From: Octopus vulgaris
Taxonomy: Eukaryota
Assembly: GCA_951406725.2 (NCBI GenBank)
Contig: OX597834.1
Location: 18,848,001-18,912,000, forward strand
Length of the DNA stretch: 64,000 nt
Direction: 5' to 3'
Shown in pieces: positions 24,813-36,055 of this stretch (position 1 is the first letter of the stretch; each line of letters opens with the position of its first letter). The notes beneath the pieces are model-generated. The model was not told where the DNA came from. It ran no database searches and was given only the letters and a program-made list of their open reading frames with translations. A program made the position numbers and the translations under genes.

Positions 24813-25154
24813 ATTGACAAGCAGAACTGATTTGAATACACACTTAAAAAGCATACCTCTGAAAAGCTTTGTGGTTTTGTCTGTTAGTACTTTTGGTTAG
24901 AATGAATATTTATGAGGATCTGTCGAGAAGCTTCTCAATCTTTAATATGAAGCAAGAAAAATAAAAGAAGGAAATTAGATTTCAAGGAAATGAACTTTCT
25001 ATAATGCACATATATATATATATATATAACTGGTACTCCGTCTGTTATAACGATGAGGGTTCCAGTTGATCTGGTCACCAAAACAGCCTGCTCATGAAAT
25101 GAACATGCATATGGCTGAGTGCACACATGCACATACACACACATACATATATAT

Positions 25155-25559
25155 CTTTTAATTGTATCTGTAATTTGACCACAGCCATTCAGGGCCTTGA
25201 TGAGTTTTAGTCAAATGAATTGACTGATTTTTCTAAACATGGTACTTATTTTACCAGTCACTTTTGCCAAACCACCAAGTTACTGTGACATAAATGCATG
25301 AACACCTGGTTGTCAAGCAATGGTGGGGGGACAATCACACACACACACTCACACACATGCACACAGGTGCATGCACACACATAAGTATATATATATGATG
25401 GGCATCTTTCAGTCTCCATCTACCAAACTCATTCATAAAGCTTCGGTCAGCCTGAGGCTAGAGTAAAAGACACTTGCCCAAAATATCATGCAGTGGAATT
25501 GAACCCCAAAACATGTGGTTGGGAAGCAAACTTCTTACCACATAGCCACGTCTGTGCCT
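25155..25559 (-). mobile_element. SINE family B, old copy
   Basis: Diverged, CpG-decayed match. Confidence 0.75.
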
Positions 25560-25814
25560 ATATTTATTTATTATTAAGACTGCAAGAGAAAGAAATTAAT
25601 TATTGCATTTTGTGGAAAAATCTGATGTATAGATTTTGAAAGCAATTTTAAATTTGGTACCGTTTTATAGAACTGGGCTGAAAAATTAAGATATTACTAA
25701 GTAGTGAAAAATCTACCAAGAGATTGTTGTGTCCTAAAAAATTATATTCTGAGCAGTATATTAAATTATGATTAAAAAATAAAAAAAGCTCAGACATGGC
25801 TATGTGGTTCAGAA

Positions 25815-26045
25815 GCGGTGAGCGGGCAGAAAGGTTAGCATGCCGGGCAAAATGCTTAGCTGTAATTCGTCTACCACTACATTCTGAGTTCAAATTCCGC
25901 CAAGGTCGACTTTGCCTTTCATCCTTTCGGCATCAATTAAATAAGTACCTGTTACGCACTGGGGTCGATATAATCAACTTAATCCGTTTGTCTATCCTTG
26001 TTTGTCCCCTCTGTGTGTGGCCCCTTGTGAGCAATAAAGAAATAA
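25815..26045 (+). mobile_element. SINE family A monomer nested in the head of a family B fragment
   Basis: The B head ATGGCTATGTGGT precedes it and AGAAGCTTGCTT resumes after it. Confidence 0.8.
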
Positions 26046-26337
26046 GAAGCTTGCTTTGCCACCATATTGTTCTGGTTTCAGTTCCACTGTGTGGTACCTT
26101 GGACAAGTATTTTTCTACTATAGCCCTGGGTTGACCAATGCTTTGAGAGTGAATTCGATAGGCAAGAACTGTATGGATGCTTGTAGGCATTAAATTGTTA
26201 CAAGGCAGCAAAATATGAGTGCAGCTAAAATTATTATAATTCTACATCTTAAGGATGAAATATATTCTAAACTGAATTTCTAAAATGTACTTTTATTATC
26301 TAACTTCTGGACATTTGTATTAGAGGTTCTCAACTTA

Positions 26338-27157
26338 CAGAGGGGTACCCAAAGGTAACTTGAAACATCCTCTCTGGGACAAGCCAATTGTATTTCAGGC
26401 TTCTGCCACTAGAAGCCACTTGATGCAATCCTCAGTCATCAGCCTGCCAACTGGTGTTGTCCAGTGGGGTTGTACCGCCACGTGGTATGTCTTTGTTTTG
26501 TAGTGCTTCTCCTATGTTTGTTGATTTTTGCGATGGCTAAAACAAAGTAGCCACATGATTCTGTGAAATTCTGTTTTCTGCTGGGGAAAACAGCAGTCAA
26601 AACAGTTGTCTTGCTTCAAAATGCTTACAGGGCTGCTGCCATGAGCAAAACACAGGTTTTCAAGTGGTTTTCACACTTTAGGAATGGTCACTTTTGCTAT
26701 AGGACCAACCTCAATCAGAGTGACCGTCAACCTCTTGAACAAATGAAAACATCATGAACTGATCTCGAAGGGCCTTCACTGAGCAATTGACAAGCTTCTT
26801 GATATGAATGGTGTGCCCTGAAGCTCCTGCCAACGAATTTTGAGTGAGGAATGTAAATCGTGAGCTGAAAAAAACAGTTGGAAATTGTTGCGGACCTTTT
26901 TTCAAAGGTCATCACTGGTGATGAAAGATGGTGCTACGGAGTTTGCTGATGTGGAAGAGGTGAAGAAAAAAAACGATGGAGGCACTAAAAGGCATCACTT
27001 CACAAGAGTTCCAGCACTGCTTCCAACAGCGAAAAATGCATCTGGACCGATGCATTGTTTTGAATGGAGAATACTTTGAAGGTGATAAAAGTGTAAACAT
27101 GTACAACTGACTAAAAATAATATTGCAAAATTCCAGTTTCTTCTGGGTATCCCCTCA
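26338..27157 (+). mobile_element. Internally deleted mariner element
   Basis: Imperfect ~28-bp TIRs (GAGGGGTACCCAAAG / GAGGGGATACCCAGAAG); VKFCFLLGKTA..AMSKTQVFKWFSHFRNG, KVITGDERWCYG, then a jump to FADVEEVKKK..DRCIVLNGEYFEGD. Confidence 0.9.
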
Positions 27158-27238
27158 TGTTGCTTCTGTTGTGCTTATGACATTGGTGGTAGGTCTCTCT
27201 GCTCAATCAGGACTAACCTAGTGCTAAATAACCACTAA

Positions 27239-27589
27239 TCTTTATATATAAAAGTGTAGTTGTGTGTCTGTCTCCTACGATTTAGATTCCTAACTACTCC
27301 CACATTTTGTGGTGCAGTGTAACCAAAAGCGGGTATCTTATAGTCGTGATTCATATCGAGCCCTTCTGGGTATTAGCGCGCGTCTACGATGAGTCTACAA
27401 TTTAAAAAAAAAATTTACCAAAGTAACTCTCTAAAAATGTATTATTAAATCTCAGAATGTAAAAAGCTACAGTAACCCCCCCCCTTTGTGGTTAGCCATA
27501 TTGAGATGGCTATTATACTTTACATCTCTAAAAATGCTTATATAGTTATTTCCCTTACAAACCCGAGCAACGCCGGGCGATACTGCTAG
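27239..27589 (+). mobile_element. Non-autonomous Helitron-type element
   Basis: Starts TC(TTTATATATAAAAG), subterminal hairpin CCCGAGCAACGCCGGG (27562-27577), ends CTAG, inserted between A and T with no TSD. Confidence 0.85.
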
Positions 27590-27946
27590 TGGTTTAATAT
27601 AATACAATGCTGTCAAAAGCAACAATAATTATGTTTCCAATTCAATAGAGTAAGTGTTATACTCAATAGAAGTTATGCTAGTATCCTTGAGTTCCTTTAT
27701 TTGATTGATTGCTAAAGAATGGAAAATAGAGTTGATGTGATTTTAATTTAGAAGTATGAGTCATTGAATAAGGCACTAAAGAGTTGAGATTAGTTCATTG
27801 TAATATATTATTTATGCTATTTCTATTGCTTTTACATAAATTTAAACAATAATTGATAAAAGCAATGAAATCATTAATTTCTTTTTAGACAAGAGGCCAG
27901 TCTTTTGCACAGTGTCAGTAGGATCTATATTTTTATGCGTCTATAC

Positions 27947-28243
27947 CAGTGTTTCTCAACTGTTTTTTTTTTTTTTTTTACTTAAGGACCCCTTTGATTA
28001 CTATTTCACTCTGGTTGACCCCCATCACCACTAGAAGTTTAAAAACCAATTCTATATATACTTCTTTTGAAGTTCCTATTTTGTTTAGCATAGGTAGGTG
28101 GAACTATGTAAAACGTTAGAGAAATTGAGCTATTTCTTGCAATAAAAACGTCTAAAGCTAAATGTTTCCATGAACTTTTAATGCACTACTATGGATCCCT
28201 GGACCCCCCAAAATCTTATATGGACCCCGGTTGAAAACTACTG
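27947..28243. mobile_element. hAT/Charlie-type MITE
   Basis: CAGTGTTTCTCAAC / GTTGAAAACTACTG termini; 8-bp TSD GTCTATAC / GTCTACAC. Confidence 0.85.
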
Positions 28244-28381
28244 GTCTACACAAATAAACAATATCCAGTGATGAAGCTCTAGCTAGGGAGATAAGGAGTT
28301 AGTCCTTTGTCATCACTACAGTTAGGGCCACTCTGATCCTATCAAGGGTCCCAGTTATGAGTCAGGAATTCATGGAAGTAA

Positions 28382-28709
28382 CATTTTGTACAGACAGGAA
28401 AGTAATATTTTGAATGCGGTATGGTTGTGAAAACAGTAGAAAGATTGAGTATTTTACCCTTATATGATGGAAGAAGTCGTCAGCAGACAGCCATGGGATT
28501 TGAACCTGCACCTCCCAGATACCAGCTGAGTACTACACCAATTAAGCTAAACTTCCCACTGACAGCTGGTATCTGGGAGGTGCAGGTTCGAGTCCTGTGG
28601 CTATCTGCTGACAACTTTTTCCTTCATATAAAGGTAAAATATCCAGTCCTTCTGCTGTTTCCATGGCTATCCTGCATTTGAAATGTTACTTTCTTGTCTG
28701 TGCAATATG
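28382..28709. repeat. Fold-back element (arms about 147 bp) centred on a tRNA-like sequence
   Basis: Arms 28382-28528 and 28563-28709; the minus strand 28560-28490 has an A-box, an anticodon arm and a GGTTCAAATCC B-box. Confidence 0.8.
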
Positions 28710-28722
28710 AAACACATTCGAC

Positions 28723-28943
28723 ACTCTTTTACTTGTTTCAGTCATTTGACTGCAGCCATGCTGGAGCACTGCCTTTAGTCGAGAAAATTGACCCAAGGAC
28801 TTATTCTTTGTAAACCTAGTACTTATTCTATCGGTCTCTTTTGCCGAACTGCTAAGTTATGGAGATGTAAACACACCACCATCGATTGTCAAGCAATGTT
28901 TGGGGGACAAACACAGACACACAAACATATACACACACATACA

Positions 28944-28995
<52 letters not shown>

Positions 28996-29160
28996 TATAT
29001 ACAACGGGCTTCTTTCAGTTTACATCTACCAAATCCACTCACCAGGCTTTGGTCGGCCTGAGGCTATAGTAGAAGACACTTGCCCAAGGTGCCATGCAGT
29101 GGGACTGAACCCAGAACCATGTGGTTGGTAAGCAAGCTACTTACCACACAGCCACTCCTA
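28723..29160 (-). mobile_element. SINE family B
   Basis: Near full-length reverse match. Confidence 0.88.
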
Positions 29161-29504
29161 AACAGAAACAAAAAAAATGTTTGTTTACATATGTTGTTGC
29201 ATTTCATAGAAGTAGATTTTCTGTGGCCAGATGCTTTTCATGTCAACAACCCTCACCTGTTTCCAAGCGAAGTAATATTTTCCCATGGCTGGACATGTTT
29301 TCATGGAAGAATGGAAATGGACATCACTTGTATGAAGGTGACACTCATTCACAACATTTTGATCTTCAGCTCTCACAGCCCTGATCTCATGACCTCTAAG
29401 TATTAATTACTTTTGCGTATTCTCTCAACATTATGGGTCATGAGAACGCTTCTAAAAGTAATAAAGCTAGTTACAAAGAGATTTTTATCTGTCCAACACC
29501 TTCC

Positions 29505-29733
29505 TTAACCCTTTAGTGTTCGCATTATTCTACCAAAATTAATGCTTTTTCATCCACTTTGTTTTGAACTAGTTATGCATTATCTTGTAGTTTTGAGATT
29601 TTGATGAGGTAGCTGTTAATTTTTAAAACGATATTGTTGGGTTGGTGTGAGAGACCAGATCTGGCCAGTTTGAACATAGAATAGGTAGAATACTTTTGGC
29701 CGGATATGGCCGGTTTAAATGCTAAAGAGTTAA
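29505..29733. mobile_element. piggyBac-type MITE (family 1)
   Basis: TTAA-CCCTTTAG ... CTAAAGAG-TTAA. Confidence 0.8.
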
Positions 29734-30099
29734 AGGTCGATACAACTAAATTTAGAAGCCTCATCTAAGCATACTACTCAAGATATACAATATATTGAGA
29801 AACTGTCGGCTGCAGCATCCATTGTATTCTGTACATTAACAATAGTTGTTCAGACACAAGTAAGCATTTCGAGTGATGTGCTTGATCATAGTAATAAAAC
29901 TGTTCCGGGGTAGACTGACATTGCTGCAAATCCTTTTCACTTGATGCACCTGATTTTTTCCTTCAGTTTCGTTATGTTCTATGAATTCAGATATTACTTA
30001 AGCTACATACGAATACTTTTCAATACATTTAGTTATTGGTGCCATTTATTCATTTCCTTTGAAATTTCACATCAATAGTTTCATGGTTCTGTGCAAGAT

Positions 30100-30154
30100 A
30101 TTCTTCTCTCACTCCTTCAAATGCATATATTCTTGCTCTCTCTCTCTCTTTCTT

Positions 30155-30216
<62 letters not shown>

Positions 30217-30720
30217 ATTTCTTTGTATTTTTCTCTTTGTCTCCGTTTATTTCTCTTTGATTTTCTCTCCTTTTCTGTCTCTGCTTTTTACTTCTTGTTT
30301 CTCTTTCTCCTTCTACTTCTCTCTATTCCTACTTTTCTCTCTCTTTCTCTTTCTCTCTCCTTTCCTCTATTTCCCTCTCTCTACTCTTCTTTACTTCTCT
30401 TTCTCTACTCCCCTCTCTCTCTCTCTACTCTTCTCTCTATCTACTCTTCTCTACTCCCCCCTCTCTCTCTACTCTTCTCTCTATCTACTCTTCTCCACTT
30501 CTCTCTCTCTCTCTGTCTCTGTCTGTCTGTCTGTCTCCTCTACCTCTCTCTCCTGTCTGTCTCTCTCTCTCTCCTGTCTCTCTCTCTCTCTCTCCTGTCT
30601 CTTTCTCTCTCCTGTCTCTGTCTCTCTCTCCTTTCTCTCCCTCTCTCTCTCTCTCCTGTCTCTTTCCTGTCTCTTTCTCTCTCCTGTCTCTCTCTCTCTC
30701 TTCTTTCTACCTTAATTCTC
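30100..30720. repeat. Polypyrimidine (CT)n compound tract
   Basis: Direct inspection. Confidence 0.95.
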
Positions 30721-31019
30721 TAAAAAATTTTACTGGTTTAAAATTTATTGTTTTGTTAAATGTAATGGTTTTCCACAGTAAAATATTCAGAAAGTTTTCT
30801 AAACGTTCACAGCATTCCTTTGTTGCCGTTTTAATGCTAACAAATAGAGTAGCAGGTACGGGAGACACACGCAATTAAATTTGATTGATTTCAATTAACC
30901 AACCATGTTTTATTAAATATTTTATGATTTATTTTGTATTCCTCTACACGATATCTTTTATTCACCTTTATCTACATCAACTCTGCTGGTGTTCATTGGA
31001 CATTTCAAGCTTAAAATGC

Positions 31020-31860
31020 TCTCACTCCACCCCTACATCTCATTCTCTTTCTCTGTCTGCCCCCTCTTTTTCTCTTTTTCTCTCCTAGTCTCTCTCTCTC
31101 TTTCTCTCCAAGTCTCTCTCTCTCTTTCTCTCCTAGTTTCTCTCTCTTTTTCTCTTCTGGTCTCTCTCTCTCTCTTTCTCTCCTAGTATCTCTCTCTCGC
31201 TTTCTCTCCTGGTCTCCCTCTCTCTCTTTCTCTCCTAGTCTCTCTCTCTCTTTCTCTCCTAGTATCTCTCTCTCGCTTTCTCTCCTGGTCTCTCTCTCTC
31301 TCTTTCTCTCCTAGTCTCTCTCTCTCTCTTTCTCTCCTAGTCTCTCTCTCTCTTTCTCTCCTAGTCTCTCTCTCTCGCTTTCTCTCCTGGTCTCTCTCTC
31401 TCTCTCTCTCTTTCTCTCCTAGCCTCTCTCTCTCTTTCTCTCCTAGTCTCTCTCTCTCGCTTTCTCTCCTGGTCTCTCTCTCTCTCTTTCTCTCCTAGCC
31501 TCTCTCTCTCTTTCTCTCTTAGTCTCTCTCTCTTTTTCTCTCCTAGTCTCTCTCTCTTTCTCTCCTAGTTTCTCTCTCTCTCTTTTTCTCTCCTAGTCTC
31601 TCTCTCTCTTTCTCTCCTAATCTCTCTCTCTTTTTTCCTAATCTTTCTCTCTTCTAGTTTCTCTCTCTTTTTTCTCCTAGTCTCTCTCTCTCTCTTTCTC
31701 TCCTAGTTTCGCTCTCTCTCTCTTTTTCTCTCCTAGTCTCTCTCTCTCTTTCTCTCCTAGTCTCTCTCTCTCTTTTCTCTCCTAGTTTCTCTCTCTCTCT
31801 CTCTTTTTCTCTCCTGGTTTCTCTCTCTCTTGCTCTCCTAGTCTCTCTTTCGCTCTCTCT
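31020..31860. repeat. CT-rich minisatellite (TTTCTCTCCTAGTCTCTCTC-type units)
   Basis: Direct inspection; dozens of variable units. Confidence 0.95.
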
Positions 31861-32336
31861 GCTTAATGGGTATTTTACTTTTGTTACTGGGTGGAGTTAT
31901 AATATTCACTTTGTGTTAATTCCCCCCTTAAATCCCATCACATATCGCAACGTCTATAAAACTTCAGCGTCTCTGCTTTCATCTGTTTTCACGAAAATTT
32001 TGTTTGGTCCATAAAATAAATTGAACAAATAGTTATTGTTGATTGGGGAGACTTTCTTTTTTACTCAACTATTCTGTTTCGTCCATCTGTATCCCAGCGT
32101 AGCCTCAGCATCCGGCCAAAACCGATAAAAGGAATATATCTAATTCTGTTACTCCCATGAGTAACATACACAAAGTGATGGTTGTAATGAATCAAAAACA
32201 AAAGGAAATAACAAAACAAAGCAACTCCTTTATGATATTACTTGTAACTGCTGTCTTGCTCCAGATTTAATTTCAATTTATGTCTCCTATATTTTTCTGT
32301 CTGTCTGTTTGTCTCTCTAATTTTATCTGACTATCT

Positions 32337-32566
32337 CTCTTTTACTTGTTTCAGTCATTTGACTGTGGCCACGCTGGAGCACTGCCTTTAGTCGAGCAAA
32401 TCGACCCCAGGACTTATACTTTGTAAGCCTAATACTTGTTCTGTCGGTCTCTTTTGCTGAACCGCTAAGTTACGGGGACATAAACACACCAGCATCGATT
32501 GTCAAGCGATGTTGACAGGACAAACACAGACACAAACATATACACACACATACATACCAACTTTCT

Positions 32567-32641
<75 letters not shown>

Positions 32642-32807
32642 TACAATGGGCTTCTTTCAGTTTCCGTCTACTAAATCCACTCACAAGGCTTTGGTCGGCC
32701 CGAGGTTATAGTAGAAGACACTTGCCCAAGGTGCCACGCAGTAGGATTGAACCCAGAACCATGTGGTTCATAAGCAAGCTACTTACCACACAGCCACTCC
32801 TATGCCT
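32337..32807 (-). mobile_element. SINE family B, full length
   Basis: Reverse match. Confidence 0.88.
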
Positions 32808-33062
32808 ATCTGCCTATATTTGTTTGAAGAATTCTACTTTTCTCTACCTACCAGTATACAATCTCATTCATTTACTTAATGATTCTGCTGTTTCTATTTC
32901 GGCAAGTATGCTGAAGTTTATACTTTGCTGATGAGGTCACAATAAAGCAGAAACAAATCTATTCTCATTACCTATGCTTATTGAAATAACCAAGATAATG
33001 CTAGATGCTGATTAATATCATTTTCTCCTCACCTTATAGTTAATAATAATTTTGGTATGAGG

Positions 33063-33253
33063 AACACCACTACACTCACGGAGTACCACTACACTCATGG
33101 AGTGGTTGGCGTTAGGAAGGGCATCCAGCTGTAGAAACATTGCCAGATCAGACTGGGCCTGGTGCAGCCTTCTGGCTTACCAGACCCCAATTGAACCGTC
33201 CAACACATGCTAGCATGGAAAACGGACGCTAAACGATGATGATGATGATGATG
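33063..33253 (+). mobile_element. SINE family C 3' part
   Basis: GAT tail; local 22-bp duplication ACCACTACACTCAYGGAGT. Confidence 0.8.
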
Positions 33254-33395
33254 AACAGCGTCAGCATTTTCATACTACCTGCATTAATTATGTTTGCACA
33301 AATTTAATGACAGAATTCTAGTTTAAGTACCCCATATAACTCCTCATAACATTTTTATTTTTTGGAATTTTCAGAAAAAATAAAAAAAGTTATAT

Positions 33396-33805
33396 AGGTG
33401 CAGGAGTGGCTGTGTGGTAAGTAGCTTGCTAACCAACCACATGATTCCGGGTTCAGTCCCACTGCGTGGCACCTTGGGCAAGTGTCTTCTACTATAGTCT
33501 CGGGCTGACCAAAGCCTTGTGAATGGATTTGGTTGACAGAAACTGAAAGAAGCCTGTCGTATATATGTATATATATATATATGCATGTGTGTGTTTGTGT
33601 GTCTGTGTTTGTCCCATTAACATTGCTTGACAACCGATGCTGGTGTGTTTACGTCTCCGTCACCTAGCGGTTCGGCAAAAGAGACCGATAGAATAAGTAC
33701 TGGGCTTACAAAGAATAAGTCCCGGGGTCGATTTGCTCGACTAAAGGCGGTGCTCCAGCATGGCCGCAGTCAAATGACTGAAACAAGTAAAAGAGTAAAA
33801 GAGTA
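33396..33805 (+). mobile_element. SINE family B, full length
   Basis: Direct match. Confidence 0.9.
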
Positions 33806-33823
33806 GGGGTTATTATGGGGTGC

Positions 33824-34040
33824 TTAACCCTTTAGCATTCAGATTATTCTGTCAAATGTAATGCTTATTTATTCACGCTGTTTTGAACCAATGATGTATT
33901 ATCTCATAGTTCTGAGATTTTAACGAGGTGGTTACATGCATGACACTGTAGGGAAAGTGTTAGAAACTGGATCTGGCTGCTTTAAACATAAAACGGAATG
34001 ACTGGGCCGAATATGGCTGGTTTAAATGCTAAACGGTTAA
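33824..34040. mobile_element. piggyBac-type MITE (family 1)
   Basis: TTAACCCTTTAGCATT ... AATGCTAAACGGTTAA. Confidence 0.82.
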
Positions 34041-34571
34041 AACCACAATTCCACCACTTTATTTATATTTGACTGTCTTTTTTCTCTTTGTTTACCTTTC
34101 TCCTTGTCTTTTTGTCAATATGTCTCGCTATCTTAGTATCTGCCTGCTTGTTTATATTGTTTTTTTTAAATATATTTTTGACCTGTTTTTGTATATATTT
34201 TCTTTTTAATATATGTTTGTCTGTCTCTGCCCCCCCCTCCCTCGACTCACCTGGCTATTTGTTTCCTTGTCTGTCAGTTAATATCTTCCAGTATTTATCA
34301 CAGCCCTAAATAAGAGCTTACAGTTATTTGTAAATTGTAAAGAGATTGTAAAGGCAATACGCCAACTGGAAACCTCTATTGACAAAAAATCAGCTAATCC
34401 CCCACCCTTGCATGTTATAAATATGTTCTAACTGCTCTAATCTCTTAAGTTGTTAATTTAATCTATTGTCTGGCTGTCATATTTGGAATTAACAGACTTC
34501 TGATGTTCATACCCACACAAGGAAGATACACTCAAACATACAGAGTTAAGAAGATAGTGTATATATATATA

Positions 34572-34850
34572 TCATCATCATCATCATCGTTTAACGTCTG
34601 TTCTCCATGCTAGCATGGGTTGGACGGTTTGACCGGGGATCTGGGAAGCCAGAAGGTTGCACCAGGCTCCAGTCTTATCTGGCAATGTTTCTACAGCTGG
34701 ATGCCCTTCCTAACGCCAACCACTCCGTGAGTGTAGTGGGTGCTTTTTACATGCCACCTGCACAGGTGCCAGGCGAGGCTGGCAACGGCCATGGTCGGAT
34801 TGGTGTATTTTACGTGCCACCGGCACGGAAGCCAGTCGAGGCGGACTGGC
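34572..34850 (-). mobile_element. SINE family C
   Basis: Near-identical to the reverse complement of part of 62994-63308. Confidence 0.82.
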
Positions 34851-34947
34851 CTATATATATTTAATTTGTCAAAATATTTTCATTGCTTTTAGACCACGAC
34901 CTGTTCACTGACAAAATTCCGTGCTGCATACATCCAGCATGGAATTT

Positions 34948-34991
<44 letters not shown>

Positions 34992-34992
<1 letters not shown>

Positions 34993-35132
34993 CAGCAGTG
35001 GCACTGTGGTAAGAAGCTTGCTTCCCAACCACATGGCTACTGTGTGGCACCTTGGGCAAGTGTCTTCTGCTATAGCCTTGTGCTGACCAATGCCTTGGGA
35101 GTGGATTTGGTAAATGGAAACTGAAAGAAGCC

Positions 35133-35182
<50 letters not shown>

Positions 35183-35403
35183 ATATGCATGTATGTCTGT
35201 ATGTATTTTTGTGTCTATGTTTGTATCCCACCATCACTTGACAACCAACGTTGGTGTGTTTATGTCCCTGTCATGTAGCAGTTCGGCAAAAGAGACTAAT
35301 AGAATAAACACGAAACTTACAAAGAATAAGTCTTGAAGTTGATTTGTTTGACTAAAGGCAATGCTCCAGCATGGCTGCAATCCCATGACTGAAACAAATA
35401 AAA

Positions 35404-35407
<4 letters not shown>
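34992..35407 (+). mobile_element. SINE family B, diverged
   Basis: Direct match. Confidence 0.8.
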
Positions 35408-35453
<46 letters not shown>

Positions 35454-35473
35454 ACAAATGGATAATGTGTCAC

Positions 35474-35558
35474 TTCACTACAGCTGTTTCCAATGAATTT
35501 TTGAATGATAAATGGAGACATTATGTCATTACAAAAAAAAACTTTTCCATCAGGTGAA
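35474..35558 (-). ncRNA. Degenerate type I hammerhead-like motif
   Basis: TTCAC-CTGATGG-...long imperfect stem II...-GAA-ACAGCTGT-A-GTGAA. Confidence 0.4.
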
Positions 35559-35621
35559 TACATGAACCACAACATCCAAAAATAATGCATGTTTCTTGAT
35601 TTGCCTCACAATTATTGATAT

Positions 35622-36055
35622 ACTGACTGGCTCCTGTGTCAGTGGCACGTAAAAAGCACTATCTGAACGTGATCGATGCCAGGCTTGCCTGACTGGCTCC
35701 TGTGCTGGTGGAATGTAAAAAGCACCCACTACATACGTCCCCATAAGTAAGCAGTTCAGCAAAAGATACTGATAGAATAAATACTAGACTTAAAAAAATA
35801 AGACCTGGAGGGGATTTGTTCAATTTTTTTAAATAAGCTATTTTTGACAAATTGCTAAAATATATGTGATGAATTGTCAAACGTAAAAAGGAGTGGTTGG
35901 CGTTAGGAAGGGCATCCAGCTGTAGAAACTCTGCAAGATCAAGATTGGAGCCTGGTGCAGCCATCTGGCCCACCAGCCCTCAGTCAAAATCGTCCAACCC
36001 ATGCTAGCATGAAAAGCGGACATTAAACGATGATGATGATAATGATGATGATGAT
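35622..36055 (+). mobile_element. SINE family C interrupted by a family B fragment
   Basis: C blocks at 35622-35732 and 35890-36055; B-tail sequence at about 35735-35822. Confidence 0.72.

Noticed and set aside
21779-24854. Long YI/CV/HT-rich ORFs of up to 247 aa (also 30059-30723, 40333-40905, 53397-53863, 60814-61221)
   Set aside because: Translations of dinucleotide microsatellites that lack stop codons; open in several frames and on both strands.
28490-28560. Functional tRNA-Thr(GGT) gene
   Set aside because: No proper acceptor stem; embedded in a diverged inverted repeat.
32925-32965. CTGATGAG...GAAAC hammerhead-like boxes (similar cases near 41545-41570 minus and 28268)
   Set aside because: No adequate stem II or stem I pairing.
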